This document shows positions 19,431 through 30,780 of a DNA stretch of 64,000 nucleotides, in pieces. Source of the stretch: Terriglobia bacterium (GTDB taxonomy: Bacteria; Acidobacteriota; Terriglobia; JAJPHL01; JAPKYU01); NCBI GenBank assembly GCA_965206645.1, contig CBDBKE010000004.1, positions 288,001 through 352,000 on the forward strand, given 5' to 3'. The notes beneath the pieces are model-generated. The model saw nothing but the letters and a program-made list of their open reading frames with translations. It had not been told where the DNA came from and ran no database searches. The position numbers and the translations under genes were made by a program. Positions within the stretch are counted from its first letter, which is position 1; each line of letters starts with the position of its first letter.

Positions 19431-19742
19431 GTGACCTACCCCACGCAGAGAAGTGAGCCTCGCTTTGAGTTGGGAGCGCGCGTACTGATTGCTCTGAACC
19501 GGGGCGCAACTTGGCAGCAGCATCACGGCTTCACGGTCAACATCAGTGAGCACGGGCTGCTGGTGACCTTGGGCGAGGCGCCGCAGGTGAGCGAGCGGGT
19601 GAGGGTGAAATTGCCGGCCCCGAGCGACTCCTGGACCGAAGCGGTAGTGCGCCACGTGATCCACGGCCGCGCCAACTTCCTGGTGGGCATGCAGCTGGAT
19701 GAGAAACACGGCTCCTGGCCGCTGCCGAGGCCGGCTGACTAA
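19431..19742 (+). CDS. PilZ domain protein (c-di-GMP effector)
   Basis: RSEPR (RxxxR) and NISEHG (D/NxSxxG) motifs; GTG start is tentative. Confidence 0.75.
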   Translation: MTYPTQRSEPRFELGARVLIALNRGATWQQHHGFTVNISEHGLLVTLGEAPQVSERVRVKLPAPSDSWTEAVVRHVIHGRANFLVGMQLDEKHGSWPLPRPAD

Positions 19743-19912
19743 CTCGTCCTCGGTGGTGCTTCGCGGTCCCCACTGACCACGATCCCAACCTACACAATCC
19801 CAACCTATTGTAGCGCGAGGAGGTCAGGTGGTTGCAGGAGCGGCGCAGACGATGATAAACAGCTGTAGCCGAGCGCGGATGACTGATTGCTGAAAGCAAG
19901 GGAGGGTGGTTG

Positions 19913-20506
19913 ATGCCGGTTAAGTCCGACCGCTGGATTGACAAGATGTGCCGGGAGCACCGCATGATTGAGCCCTACCTTCCGGAACTGGTGCGGCAGG
20001 CAAACGGGCGTCGCACGATCAGCGCCGGAACCAGCAGCTACGGCTACGACATCCGCTTGTCGGCGGAACACGGCTTCAAGATTTTTTCGCCCATCCACGC
20101 GGGTATCGTCGACCCGAAGCGCTTCGACGACCGCACGCTGGTGGATGCCCCCCTGTACCGGGACGACGATGGCTCACAGTACTTCCTGATGCCGCCGCAC
20201 AGCTATGGCCTGGGGCTGACTCTGGAATACTTCCGCATCCCGCGCAACGTGCTGGGCCTGTGCCATGGTAAGAGCACCTATGCTCGCTGCGGCCTCATTG
20301 TAAACACCACGCCACTGGAGCCGGAGTGGACCGGCCATTTGGTGCTGGAGTTCTCCAACTCCAGTTCCACCTCGGTCCGTGTGTATGGCGAAGAGGGAAT
20401 CGCCCAGGTGATCTTCCTGGAAGCCGATGAGCTGTGTGGTACCAGCTACGCCGACCGGGCCGGTAAGTACCAGGATCAGCGCCGCATCACCTCTGCAAAG
20501 TTATAG
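19913..20506 (+). CDS. dcd: dCTP deaminase
   Basis: KSDRWI, SSYGYDIRL, GKSTYARCG, TPLEPEW.G, SYADRAGKYQ; GGAGG RBS. Confidence 0.95.
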   Translation: MPVKSDRWIDKMCREHRMIEPYLPELVRQANGRRTISAGTSSYGYDIRLSAEHGFKIFSPIHAGIVDPKRFDDRTLVDAPLYRDDDGSQYFLMPPHSYGLGLTLEYFRIPRNVLGLCHGKSTYARCGLIVNTTPLEPEWTGHLVLEFSNSSSTSVRVYGEEGIAQVIFLEADELCGTSYADRAGKYQDQRRITSAKL

Positions 20507-20900
20507 CCTGCGGAAGCATGAGATTGGCCGGAACCGTTAATCTGGGCTATCCGCGTTGAATGCAGCCTGGAGTAGGTTGTGCCAGAAAGCCTAGGTTGTG
20601 CCAAAAGCCGCTGATGCCTCCCTCCGGGGCTGAGGTGCTTAACAGCCATTAACTTATTGGTTTCACATCAGTTAGTTGCTTTCCCCAAATGAAGGCAAGG
20701 ATATCCTAAGTATCCCGGCTGGCGCGGTTTGAACCTAAGTGGTTACCCGGACAGGGGTGGACAATTGAAACCGCAGTGTGTAACCTGCCACAGCAGGTGA
20801 GCGTCTTAGCTGCCTAGTGATTCCACTAGAAAGGAATCGCTAGGCCGGACGCAGCGAATTAGTGCTTGCTGCACAATGGTTTACGAAGGGCTGAATCGGT

Positions 20901-20916
20901 TGGCATGCGGTTTGCA
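20901..20916 (+). promoter_or_regulatory. sigma54 (-24/-12) promoter candidate upstream of the DksA/TraR-like gene
   Basis: TGGCATGCGGTTTGCA: GG-N10-GC spacing, near consensus TGGCAC-N5-TTGCW; IHF-like site CATCAGTTAGTTG at 20666-20678. Confidence 0.6.
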
Positions 20917-20972
20917 TCTAAATTTGCGGTTGACAGGTAATGAGGTCAAGGGCTGAAGGAAGAAGATTTGCG

Positions 20973-21341
20973 ATGCCTAAGAATTTGGTGAAAACGAAAA
21001 GGTTAAGCCACTACCGTGAGTTGCTGAAGGAGAAGGCCCGCCAGGTGCGCCGGAGCATGAGTACGCCTGTGGCGGCCGAGTTTGTCACCCGACGCGAGGA
21101 ACCCAACGACACGGCCGACCTTGCCACGCAGAGCCACGACGAGTGGATCTTCCTGAATCAGAATGCCCGGTACGCCGACCTGATGCGCGAGGTGCAAGAG
21201 GCTCTGGAACGGATAGAGAAGGGCACCTACAAGCGGTGTGCTGCCTGTGGACAGCCCATCCCTCCCAAACGCCTCGAGGCGGTGCCGTGGGCCAAGTATT
21301 GTGTCCCCTGCCAGGAGAACCAGGGGGCCAGGAACAATTAG
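20973..21341 (+). CDS. TraR/DksA family C4-type zinc finger protein
   Basis: DTADLA coiled-coil tip, ALERIEKGTY, CAAC...RLEAVPWAKYCVPC. Confidence 0.9.
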   Translation: MPKNLVKTKRLSHYRELLKEKARQVRRSMSTPVAAEFVTRREEPNDTADLATQSHDEWIFLNQNARYADLMREVQEALERIEKGTYKRCAACGQPIPPKRLEAVPWAKYCVPCQENQGARNN

Positions 21342-21501
21342 CTCGTGAGACAGGCGTCCGCGCCTGTCCGGCTTCAGCGCGTAGCGCCCTTCGGGGCGTT
21401 TCGCGCTTTTTGGTTTCGGAGCCCATATCTAGACTCCCCGTCAGCACCAGTAAACGGCCCGCGACGGCGAGGCCAGCCCAGACCATGCTACCCTGTTGGG
21501 C

Positions 21502-21810
21502 ATGCCAGACGTAAAGTTGGACGTGAAGCTGAATGACCTGCGGCGCTATGTCATCCTGAATCGCACCCCCGTTACCTACCTGGACCAGAGCGGACGGAAA
21601 GCGCACGTGAACCGCAAGGGAATCGTCGAAATTCCCGGCATAGCCGGCGCTCCACCGTACAACGTTGAAGATGTACTGGCTGCTGCCCAGGAGTTCGTCC
21701 TGGAACCGGAGGCCCCCGACGCCCAGGTCCGGCGGCTCAACCGCCAGCAGATCCTCGAGTTACTGGCCAGCGCCGCTCCCGGTCCAGCTTCCAAAGACAA
21801 AGAAGAATGA
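21502..21810 (+). CDS. Hypothetical protein
   Basis: 102-aa ORF with normal composition and genome-like codon usage; no recognised motif. Confidence 0.6.
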   Translation: MPDVKLDVKLNDLRRYVILNRTPVTYLDQSGRKAHVNRKGIVEIPGIAGAPPYNVEDVLAAAQEFVLEPEAPDAQVRRLNRQQILELLASAAPGPASKDKEE

Positions 21811-21867
21811 GGTCGCGCCACACATAGCCGGCGAGTCGCGGAGAAACGTAGATTGCCCGGGAGCAGG

Positions 21868-23550
21868 CTAAGCGGGACCGTGATAGCGGATGATGAGCAG
21901 GGTGAGGTCGTCGGCCAAGTAGGTGCCCCGGGTGAACTCCTCGACGGCTCCCAGGATTGCGGCCTGCAAGTCTTCCACCGAGGCAGTGGCGTGGCGTGAC
22001 ACGACATCCTGGAGCCTTTCGAGATCGAACATTTCGTGCTGGAGGTTCATCGCTTCATTCACGCCGTCGGTGTACAGCACCAGGGTGTCGCCTGGGGCTA
22101 ACGCGCCGGAAGACGTACGAAATTCTGCCGTTGAGAACAACCCCACCGGGAGACATTCAGAGGGAAAGGCGAACTCCGCACAGCCGTCATGAATCCGCAG
22201 TGGCGGCAGATGGCCCGCGTTGATGTACTCGAGTTGCCCACTGCGATCCAAAATGCCAAAAAACAGCGTGGCGTAGCGCTCCACTTGGGAGTGGGCGCAG
22301 ATGAAGCGGTTAACGTGATTGAAGACGTTGTCCGGCTGCTGCCCCAGGGTCATGGCAGAGAGCGTGCCCTGCAGCATCGAGGTCACCAGGGCGGCTCCCA
22401 GGCCCTTGCCACTAACGTCCGCGATGACGAAGCCCGTGCGGTCCCGGCTCAGTTCCAGCAGGTCAAAGTAGTCGCCGCCGACCGCAAGGCAGGATTGGTT
22501 GATGCCGGTGGCCTCGAATTGGGGGAAGGTCTGGAAGTCTTTCGGGAGCAACGCCTGTTGGATCTCACGGGCGATGTCCAGTTCCTGTAACAGGCGTCGC
22601 TGCTCCTGCTCCTTCCGCAGCAACCGGGCGTTGTCGAGCACGCCGGCGACTTCCCGTGAGAGCGCTTCCAAAATCTGCCGGTCCAGGCGGGAGAAGGCGG
22701 CCGGAAGGCGACTGTCCAGGTAGAGCACGGCCAGCAGGTCGCCGGACCCACCCACGAAGGTGGCTTCCGTGGACCGCACGCGTGACAGCGAGGTCAGGGG
22801 GATGGCGATGACCGACTGCAGGTTTAGCCGCTCGACGCTGTGGGCCTCGCGTAGAGCGGCTTTCGCCTGCGACATGTCTTCCTCGATGACGCTGCGGTGC
22901 TGTTTGACCGCCTGTGCGATGGCCGTCTGGCTGGCGTCGAAACCTTTCGCCGGCAAGCTTCGCCGGCCGGCTTTCCGGGCCAACATCGGGTGCAGGCTGT
23001 CCTTTGCGCGAGCCTCCAGCAGCAAGCCGCGGTCGGCGTTGGTGATGGCGATGGCGCGGTCAATCATCGCACCCAGCACCTCTTCCAGGCTCAGCGGGGA
23101 TTGCAGCAGAGCCGTGGCTTCCAACAACAGGCTCAACTGGCGCAGGTCCCGCGCCCCGGGGTCCATGGTCGCGGCCCGCTCCAGCCGCGTCAGCAATTCC
23201 GGGACTGCTTCCTGGAACTGGCCAGCGCGGAAGATCAGTTTTGGGGAGTCGCCGCCGCCGCAGGTGATTTCGTCGCGGTCGCGCAGTTCCCGGACCTGGA
23301 TTTTCTCTCCGTTGACAAACAAGCCGTGGCGCTGCCCGCGGTCTTCCAGGCGAAATACGCCGTCGGCATAGACCAGCAGGGCGGAGTGGCGAGAAATGCG
23401 CTTGTCGACCAGCTGTAAGTCGTTGCCGGCCTCGGCTCCGCGCCCAATGGGAAACGGCGAGTGCGTCACGCGCACCAGGCGGGCCGGGCCGACAGCGTCG
23501 ACCACTTCCAGCATCACTTCTGGGATGGCAGGACGTTCGGGGGTCTGCAT
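21868..23550 (-). CDS. FHA + GAF + SpoIIE/PP2C (RsbU-like) serine phosphatase
   Basis: FHA IGR...ISRH..GLFVNG; GAF domain; PP2C VGGDYFD, IADVSGKG, NAGH, YTDGVNE, DDLT. Confidence 0.92.
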   Translation of the reverse strand: MQTPERPAIPEVMLEVVDAVGPARLVRVTHSPFPIGRGAEAGNDLQLVDKRISRHSALLVYADGVFRLEDRGQRHGLFVNGEKIQVRELRDRDEITCGGGDSPKLIFRAGQFQEAVPELLTRLERAATMDPGARDLRQLSLLLEATALLQSPLSLEEVLGAMIDRAIAITNADRGLLLEARAKDSLHPMLARKAGRRSLPAKGFDASQTAIAQAVKQHRSVIEEDMSQAKAALREAHSVERLNLQSVIAIPLTSLSRVRSTEATFVGGSGDLLAVLYLDSRLPAAFSRLDRQILEALSREVAGVLDNARLLRKEQEQRRLLQELDIAREIQQALLPKDFQTFPQFEATGINQSCLAVGGDYFDLLELSRDRTGFVIADVSGKGLGAALVTSMLQGTLSAMTLGQQPDNVFNHVNRFICAHSQVERYATLFFGILDRSGQLEYINAGHLPPLRIHDGCAEFAFPSECLPVGLFSTAEFRTSSGALAPGDTLVLYTDGVNEAMNLQHEMFDLERLQDVVSRHATASVEDLQAAILGAVEEFTRGTYLADDLTLLIIRYHGPA

Positions 23551-23683
23551 GGCCTTTCCTGAATCTTACCATGCCCGGGAGGGCCCGGCAGGGGACGCCT
23601 GTTCCGGTGAGCAAATCGGCTCTCAGGCCTGGGAACTGTGTCGGAGCGCAGCTTCCGTAAGCCTCTTCCACAGGAGACCGCGC

Positions 23684-24040
23684 CTAGCGGAAGCTTTCTA
23701 GGGCAGGACCTTCTTGTTCGAAAGCTTCTAGAAGTTTCGTCAGGTGGAGCTGTTCCAGCAAGCGGGCGATCAGTCGCGGAGCGCAGCACAGTTTCACTTG
23801 GGCATTGCGCCGGGCCGCTGACGTCTTGACCGCCACCAACATCCCGATGCCGGTGCTGTCTAGCTGGCGGACTTGGGCCAGATTCAGCAGAATCTTGCTG
23901 CTTCCTGCTTCCAGCAATCCCTCAACTTCCCTCCGGATGAGCTGGCTCTCAGGGCCCGCCACTAGGCTGCCTGCCAGTTCCAACACCAGCACCTCTTCCT
24001 TTTGCCGTCGATCAAAACTCAACCTACCCGTATCGCCCAT
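23684..24040 (-). CDS. STAS domain anti-sigma-factor antagonist
   Basis: ILLNLAQVRQLDSTGIG phosphorylation-site motif; 118 aa. Confidence 0.88.
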   Translation of the reverse strand: MGDTGRLSFDRRQKEEVLVLELAGSLVAGPESQLIRREVEGLLEAGSSKILLNLAQVRQLDSTGIGMLVAVKTSAARRNAQVKLCCAPRLIARLLEQLHLTKLLEAFEQEGPALESFR

Positions 24041-24259
24041 CGTTTTGGCCCTTTCCGTGCTGCGTCGCATGCCCACCCAGGGAATATCCAGCTCCACACT
24101 CCAGCCCACCCATCTCAGCGGCTTGCGCGAGAGGTAGATGTTTTCGACCAACACGGCCAGCAGCGAAAGGTGAGATATTTACCTCTTTTTGCTCCCTGGA
24201 GTCAACGCGGCGTTCCATGGAAGAGCGCGGGAGGAGAACTTTGACTGGCGTAGCGAGGA

Positions 24260-24424
24260 ACTGGTGGCCCAGGCGGAAGGTGTCGGCGGAACATCACCTG
24301 GGAGAACTAACTCGCAAGTCGGCTTCATCATTACGAACATGGCTACGAACATGGTTACGAACATGACCCTGCCGAGTCGGTCGGCCGTGCGATTCTACAA
24401 CAAGAGAGGGACAGCAGAGCAGTC
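24260..24424 (+). pseudogene. Degenerate IS1380 transposase remnant
   Basis: Translates VGFIITN(MATNMVTN)MTLPSRSAVRFYNKRGTAEQ, matching VGFIVTNLTLPSRAVMRFYNKRGTAEQ in the intact IS1380 copy at 34872; contains a 12-bp triplication. Confidence 0.8.
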
Positions 24425-24525
24425 AGGGAACCGGGTCGGGATGTACCCGATGCGGGTCCTGGCGACAAGAATTGTATCGACAGTGCGAAGGGCGTATATT
24501 CATGCTGGAATAAAGTTGCAATCGA

Positions 24526-27500
24526 ATGGCTGGCGCACTAAGAACAGGCGAACGGCTTTCCACAGCGATCTTGATCGCGGCTGTTGCCATCTCCGTCGGG
24601 ATTCAAAACTCTGGGCGGCACGTCCGGGCGCAAGGGACACCGGATTCTGCTTCGCCTAGCCTGGGTTCTGCTTCGTCCAGCAAGGTCGACTTCGCCAGGG
24701 AGATTCTGCCCATATTCGAAAAGTCTTGTTATTCCTGCCACGGGCCGAAGCAGCAAATGCACGGACTTCGGCTGGACTCGAAAAAGCTGGCCCTCGCTGG
24801 AGGGCATTCGGGAAAGGTGATCTATCCCTACAAAGCAACGGAAAGCCCGCTCTACCGGCGTGTGGCGGGAATTGGCGACGAGCCTCGGATGCCCATGGGT
24901 GGTGAGCCTCTCGCCCAACAGCAGATTGCGCTCATCCGAGCCTGGATCGATCAGGGAGCTAACTGGCCGGAGAGCGTGGGCCCGGAAGTGGCGGAGATCG
25001 AGAAACACTGGGCCTATGTCCCGCCGAAGCGGCCCCCGCTGCCAAAGGTCAGTCGTCGGGACTGGGCCGCCAACTCCATTGATTCCTTCGTCCTGGCGCG
25101 CCTTGAAAAAGAGGGCTTGGCCCCCTCTGCGGTGGCGGACCCGGTAACGCTGCTGCGCCGGCTGAGTCTTGATCTCATTGGTCTGCCGCCTACGATCGAG
25201 GAGGTCGACGCCTTTCTAAAGGACACGAGCGAGAACGCATACCAGATACAGGTCGAGCGGCTCTTATCGTCGCCTCACTACGGCGAACGTTGGGGGCAGC
25301 ACTGGCTGGATGCGGCCCGGTATGCCGACTCAAACGGCTACGAGAAAGACCTGCAACGCCAAGTCTGGTTCTACCGGGACTGGGTGATCGAGGCCTTCAA
25401 TCGCGATCTTCCCTACAACCAGTTCATCATCGAGCAGTTGGCGGGAGATTTACTCCCGAGCGCGACGCAGGACCAGATTGTGGCGACGGGGTTTCTGCGC
25501 AATTCGATGATTAACGAGGAAGGCGGCGTGGACCCGGAGCAGTTCCGGATGGAAGCCATGTACGATCGCATGGATGCCATCGGCAAAAGCATCCTGGGCA
25601 TCACCATCCAATGCGCGCAGTGCCACGATCACAAATACGACCCGCTCACCCAGGAAGAGTATTACCGGATGTTCGCGTTTCTGAACAACTCCCACGAGGC
25701 GAAAATCACGGTGTACAACACGGAGGAGCAAATGAAGCGGGCGGAACTTCTCCGGCAGATCCGTGAAATTGAAGCCGACCTCCAGCACCGGCGTCCGGAC
25801 TGGCAGCAGCAGATGGCGAAATGGGAACAGGAGGTGAAGGACGATCAAACGAAGTGGATCGTCCTCAGGCCGGAAGTCGAAGACATCTCTACCGGCGGGC
25901 AAAAATATCTGCCGCTCAAGGACGGCTCCCTTCTCGCTCAGGGCTATGCTCCCACCAAGCACCGCGTGAAGATGGCCGTGAAGACCGACGTCCAAGACAT
26001 CGCAGCATTTCGGCTGGAACTGCTTAATGATCCCGACCTGCCACTTGGCGGACCGGGGCGCTCTATCAAGGGAACCGCCGCACTGACCGAGTTCGAGGTG
26101 GAGGTTGCTCCGGCCAACGCGCCCGACAAGGTTACCAAGGTCAAAATGGCCAAAGCGACCGCGGACATCGCGCTGCCTGAAGCGCCTTTGGAGTCGATCT
26201 TCTTTGACAAGAAAAACAAGGGTCGCATCACCGGTCCGATCCAGTTTGCCATCGACAATTGCGACGACACGGCCTGGGGCATCGATGCGGGCCCCGGACT
26301 CCGCAATCAACCGCGCAAGGCCGTTTTTACGGTCGAAACGCCTATTGCGAATCCCGCGGGGACAATCCTTACCTTTTATTTGAATCAGAAACACGGCGGC
26401 GGGAACCCCAACTACAACCAGAACCACAATCTCGGCCGGATCCGGCTTTCGATGACCACCGCAGCCGGAGCGGTTGCTGATCCGCTGCCGAAAAGCGTGC
26501 GCGACATCCTTTCTATCCCGCGTGATCAACGCACACCCTCGCAGAACGAGACCGGTTTTCGTTACTGGCGCACGACCGTGCCCGAGTGGGAGGAGAAAAA
26601 TGCGAGGATCGCGGCGTTGTGGCGACAGCATCCCGAAGGCTCTACGCAACTGGTGCTCCAAGCCCGTAAGGACGCACGCAAAACGCACGTACTGACGCGC
26701 GGCGATTTTCTCAAACCAGGCAAGCCGGTCGGTCCGGGCGTGCCGTCCTTCCTCCAGGCAATGCCGGAAGGGGCACCGCTGACACGAGGGGGCTTCGCCA
26801 AGTGGTTGGTGGACCGCAACTCGCCGACCACAGCCCGAGCCCTGGTTAACCGCATCTGGCAGACCTATTTCGGCGTTGGGTTGGTCAGCACCAGCGAGGA
26901 CCTGGGACGGCAAAGTGAGACCCCCTCTCATCCGGAGCTGCTGGACTGGCTGGCAGTCGAGTTCATGGAGCGCGGCTGGAGCTTGAAGGCGATGCACCGG
27001 CTCATTGTGACTTCGGCGACGTACCGGCAGTCGTCCCGGGCAGCGCCGGACCTCTATGCGCGCGATCCTTATAATCGCCTGCTGGCTCGCGGACCGCGGT
27101 TCCGGGTGGAAGCCGAGATTGTGCGCGACATTGCCTTAGCCGCCAGCGGTCTGCTGAACTCCAAGATCGGCGGGCCCAGTGTCTATCCGCCTGCCCCTGA
27201 GTTTCTCTTTGTCCCGCCGGCGAGCTTCTCCCCGAAGAGTTGGCCTGAAGCAAAAGGGGAAGACCGGTACCGCCGCGCCTTCTACACGTTCCGCTACCGC
27301 TCCGTTCTCTATCCGGTGCTGCAGACCTTTGACGCGCCAAACGGGGACAGCTCCTGCGTTCGCCGCGCCCGTTCCAATACGCCGCTGCAGGCGCTGACAA
27401 CTCTGAACGAGCCGCTGTTCGTGGAGTCTGCTCGCGCGCTGGCGTTGCGAACGCTCCGTGAGGGTGGCGAGACGGATCCCGAGCGCCTGACCTACGCCTT

Positions 27501-27735
27501 CCGCCGCTGCCTGGCCAGAAAACCGAACCAACAGGAAGCCGCTGAGCTGCTCTCTCTGCTGAACAAGCAAACCGAGCGTCTTTCCGATGGATGGTTAAGC
27601 GCGTGGGATTTGGCGGGTTACGACTCGACGCAGCGGCCGCAGCTCCCGAAGAACGCTACTCCCGGCCAGCTCGCCGCATGGACGGCCATCTGTCGTGTCT
27701 TGTTGAATCTGGATGAAACCATCACCAAAGAATGA
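24526..27735 (+). CDS. Planctomycete cytochrome c / DUF1549 (PSCyt2) / DUF1553 (PSD1) protein
   Basis: [98 protein letters not shown]. Confidence 0.92.
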   Translation: MAGALRTGERLSTAILIAAVAISVGIQNSGRHVRAQGTPDSASPSLGSASSSKVDFAREILPIFEKSCYSCHGPKQQMHGLRLDSKKLALAGGHSGKVIYPYKATESPLYRRVAGIGDEPRMPMGGEPLAQQQIALIRAWIDQGANWPESVGPEVAEIEKHWAYVPPKRPPLPKVSRRDWAANSIDSFVLARLEKEGLAPSAVADPVTLLRRLSLDLIGLPPTIEEVDAFLKDTSENAYQIQVERLLSSPHYGERWGQHWLDAARYADSNGYEKDLQRQVWFYRDWVIEAFNRDLPYNQFIIEQLAGDLLPSATQDQIVATGFLRNSMINEEGGVDPEQFRMEAMYDRMDAIGKSILGITIQCAQCHDHKYDPLTQEEYYRMFAFLNNSHEAKITVYNTEEQMKRAELLRQIREIEADLQHRRPDWQQQMAKWEQEVKDDQTKWIVLRPEVEDISTGGQKYLPLKDGSLLAQGYAPTKHRVKMAVKTDVQDIAAFRLELLNDPDLPLGGPGRSIKGTAALTEFEVEVAPANAPDKVTKVKMAKATADIALPEAPLESIFFDKKNKGRITGPIQFAIDNCDDTAWGIDAGPGLRNQPRKAVFTVETPIANPAGTILTFYLNQKHGGGNPNYNQNHNLGRIRLSMTTAAGAVADPLPKSVRDILSIPRDQRTPSQNETGFRYWRTTVPEWEEKNARIAALWRQHPEGSTQLVLQARKDARKTHVLTRGDFLKPGKPVGPGVPSFLQAMPEGAPLTRGGFAKWLVDRNSPTTARALVNRIWQTYFGVGLVSTSEDLGRQSETPSHPELLDWLAVEFMERGWSLKAMHRLIVTSATYRQSSRAAPDLYARDPYNRLLARGPRFRVEAEIVRDIALAASGLLNSKIGGPSVYPPAPEFLFVPPASFSPKSWPEAKGEDRYRRAFYTFRYRSVLYPVLQTFDAPNGDSSCVRRARSNTPLQALTTLNEPLFVESARALALRTLREGGETDPERLTYAFRRCLARKPNQQEAAELLSLLNKQTERLSDGWLSAWDLAGYDSTQRPQLPKNATPGQLAAWTAICRVLLNLDETITKE

Positions 27736-27748
27736 GAGCCTTCTAGCC

Positions 27749-29197
27749 ATGAACTGCCAGGATCGTGTTTATCGAAACCGAGACCCCAGGTTAGTTAGTC
27801 GGCGCTGGTTCTTTGAACAGTGCAGCGTCGGGCTGGGTGCAGTGGCCCTCGGGCAGTTGTTAGGAATTTCCGGCTTTGCAGCGCCAGCCAGCCTGGCGGC
27901 GACCCATCCGCTGGCACCGAAAAAGCCGCATTACGCGCCCAAGGCCAAGAACATCATCTTTCTCTTCATGGCCGGAGCGCCGAGCCACCTGGAGCTTTTT
28001 GACTACAAACCCCAATTGGCCAAGTTCGACGGAACGCTGCCGCCTCCGGAGCTGCTTGAAGGCTACCGGGCCGCTTTCATAAACCCAAGCTCCAGGTTGC
28101 TCGGGCCTAAATTCAAGTTTGCCAAATATGGCCAATCCGGTGCGGAACTCTCTGAGTTGCTGCCTCATCTGACCAAGGTCGTCGATGACATTGCCATCGT
28201 GAAATCGGTGGTGACCGACGCGTTCAATCACGCACCCGGTCAACTCCTAATGAATACCGGATCGCAGCAGTTCGGACGGCCCAGCATGGGTGCATGGGTC
28301 ACCTATGGGTTAGGCAGTGAATCGAAGGACTTGCCGGCCTTTGTCGTGTTTAGCTCCGGCAAGAACGGACCGAGCTGCGGCAATTCCTGTTGGGGTAGCG
28401 GCTTTCTTCCCACTGTTTATCAAGGCGTCCCGTTCCGCGGCAGCGGCGACCCGGTTCTCTATCTTTCGAATCCCGAGGGCGTGGACCAGGAGCTGCAGGA
28501 GGACTCCGTCCATGCGATCCGCCGCCTCAACCAGATGCGCCTGGACCTGACGGGCGATCCGGAAATCGCCACGCGGATCAACTCCTTCGAAATGGCGTTC
28601 CGCATGCAAAGTAGCGCGCCAGAGTTGATGGACATTTCCCGGGAACCCAAGCACGTCCTCGACAGCTATGGTGCAGAACCAGGCCGGCCTTCGTTCGCCA
28701 ACAACTGCCTGCTGGCCCGGCGCCTCGTAGAACGCGGCGTCCGTTTCGTCCAGCTATATCACGAGGCGTGGGACCAGCACAGTAATCTGGTGAAGGACAT
28801 CAAGCAGAACTGTAAAGACACCGATCAGGCCTGCGCTGCCCTGATTCAAGACCTCAAGCAGCGTGGCATGCTCCAGGATACGCTTGTCATCTGGGGCGGC
28901 GAGTTTGGCCGCACGCCCATGGTACAGCAAGGTCCTGAAGCGGACGGCCGCGACCACCACCCAAACGCGTTCACCATGTGGCTGGCTGGCGGCGGCATCA
29001 AGCCAGGCATGACGCTGGGTGAAAGCGACGAGCTCGGATTCAACGTGGTGAAGGACAAGGTTCATGTGCATGACCTTCACGCGACGATCCTGCATCTTCT
29101 GGGATTCGATCACACCAAAATAACGTATCGTTTCCAAGGACGCGATTTCCGTCTGACAGATGTCCACGGGAACATTGTGAAGGACATTCTCGCTTAG
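27749..29197 (+). CDS. DUF1501 domain protein (sulfatase-like), Tat-type signal
   Basis: [66 protein letters not shown]. Confidence 0.92.
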   Translation: MNCQDRVYRNRDPRLVSRRWFFEQCSVGLGAVALGQLLGISGFAAPASLAATHPLAPKKPHYAPKAKNIIFLFMAGAPSHLELFDYKPQLAKFDGTLPPPELLEGYRAAFINPSSRLLGPKFKFAKYGQSGAELSELLPHLTKVVDDIAIVKSVVTDAFNHAPGQLLMNTGSQQFGRPSMGAWVTYGLGSESKDLPAFVVFSSGKNGPSCGNSCWGSGFLPTVYQGVPFRGSGDPVLYLSNPEGVDQELQEDSVHAIRRLNQMRLDLTGDPEIATRINSFEMAFRMQSSAPELMDISREPKHVLDSYGAEPGRPSFANNCLLARRLVERGVRFVQLYHEAWDQHSNLVKDIKQNCKDTDQACAALIQDLKQRGMLQDTLVIWGGEFGRTPMVQQGPEADGRDHHPNAFTMWLAGGGIKPGMTLGESDELGFNVVKDKVHVHDLHATILHLLGFDHTKITYRFQGRDFRLTDVHGNIVKDILA

Positions 29198-29273
29198 CCG
29201 CACTATGGTGAGTTTTGCCGACCCCAGGTCTGGATGTACGCATGCGTGCGGATTCGCTTATAATTGACCAAGT

Positions 29274-29864
29274 ATGCGCATGCGCTTTGTCCTTTTGCTG
29301 TTGTTGGCCATGCTGGCTATGCCGTTGGGTAGCGCCGTCGCAGCGGGCCCGGCCGAGGAGCCGAAGAAGAAGGAAGCTGCCGCACAGGACAGCGCCAAAC
29401 TGGAGCGCTTCCTGCGACGCCAGAACGCATGGCCGGCCTCGTTTCAGGTGAAAGTTGGGCCATTCAAACCGTCACCGGCAGCGGGTGTGTTGGAGACCAC
29501 GGTGGAAGTTTCTCACCCCGGCGGCAAACGGAAGTTCTCATATCTGATCTCGGCCGACGGCGAGTACCTGGTCCAAGGCTCTCTGTCGTCGCTCAACGAA
29601 GACCCGTTCGAAGCCACTCGGGCTAAGATCGCTCTGGAGGATGCGCCAAGCCTTGGTTCTCCCCTAGCGCAGGTGACAGTGGTCGAATACAGCGACTTTC
29701 AATGCAGCTACTGCCGAGCCTCGGCTTCGATCCTGAAAGACCAACTGCTGAAGAAATTCCCCAGCCAGGTGCGCCTGGTCTTCAAGGACTTTCCTCTGCA
29801 GAAGATACATCCCTGGGCGGTGCCGGCGGCGGCGCTGGGCCGTTGTGTTCACAAAAGCGATGCG
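29274..29864 (+). pseudogene. DsbA/thioredoxin-family protein truncated by IS3 insertion
   Basis: Signal peptide, EYSDFQCSYC, VRLVFKDFPL..IHPWA; the stop is the TGA of the IS end, and the C-terminal GTP loop is missing. Confidence 0.85.
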
Positions 29865-29903
29865 TGACCAGACCGATTTTTTGTACCAAACCGTAGTGAG
29901 AGT

Positions 29904-30780
29904 TCACATCGAAGCCTGGGGCTGTGAAACTGGTTTCAGTGGCAGGGGAGGGCTATAGGCCCCCGGCGCCGGGGGCCTATAGCCGAGCGCCGAGTGCGGC
30001 CGCACCGTGTTGTATTGCACCCTCCACTGTTCAATCACCACCTGTGCCTCCTTCAACGAGTAGAAGATCTCTCCATTCAGGCATTCGTCCCGCAGCTTCC
30101 CATTGAAACTCTCGCAGTACCCGTTCTCCCAGGGACTGCCCGGTTCGATGTACAGTGTGCCCGGTTCCGGTCCCTAGATTTGCCAACCACTGGCGCAGTT
30201 GTTTGGCGATGAACTCGGGACCATTGTCGGATCGAATCTGTTCCGGTATCCCTCGCCACAACATCACGTCCGACAACGCCTCAATGATTTGTTGGCTGCC
30301 CATCCTCCGCTCCACCCGGATCGCCAGGCATTCCCGCGTGTACTCATCCAGCAAGGTCAGCAGCCGCAGCGTTCTCCCCTCGTGCGTTCTGGCACTCATG
30401 AAGTCGTAGCTCCACACGTGGTTCGGTCGCTCCGGCCTCAGTTGTACACAGGAACCGTCGTTCAGCCACAGCCGTCCTCGCGGCCTTTGTTTTTGCGGCA
30501 CTTTCAGCCCTTCCCGCCGCCAAATCCGCTGCACCCGGTCCTTGCCCACTTCCCAGCCCGCACTCCGCAGCAACGCTGTGATCCTCCGGTAGCCATATCG
30601 CCCGTACTTCGCTCCCAGGGCAATGATCGCTCGGGTCAGAGCATCCTCGTCCACCCGATGAATCGGCTCGTATCGTTGTGTCCCTCGCCATTGCCCCAGC
30701 AGCCGGCAGGCATGCCGTTCCGACAACCCGTGTTGCTCCCACGCACGCTCCACCGCACAACGCCGCCGCTCAGGGCTCAG
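29904..30780 (-). pseudogene. IS3 transposase OrfB (DDE), frameshifted
   Basis: RYGYRRI, WSYDF, RSDNGPEF; a 7-nt insertion near 30159-30166 relative to copy 2 breaks the frame before PGSPWENG. Confidence 0.88.

Noticed and set aside
25450-26997. Long antisense ORFs (25450-26997, 6882-8075, 48305-49261, 55008-55889)
   Set aside because: Shadow frames opposite well-supported genes in high-GC DNA, with no motifs
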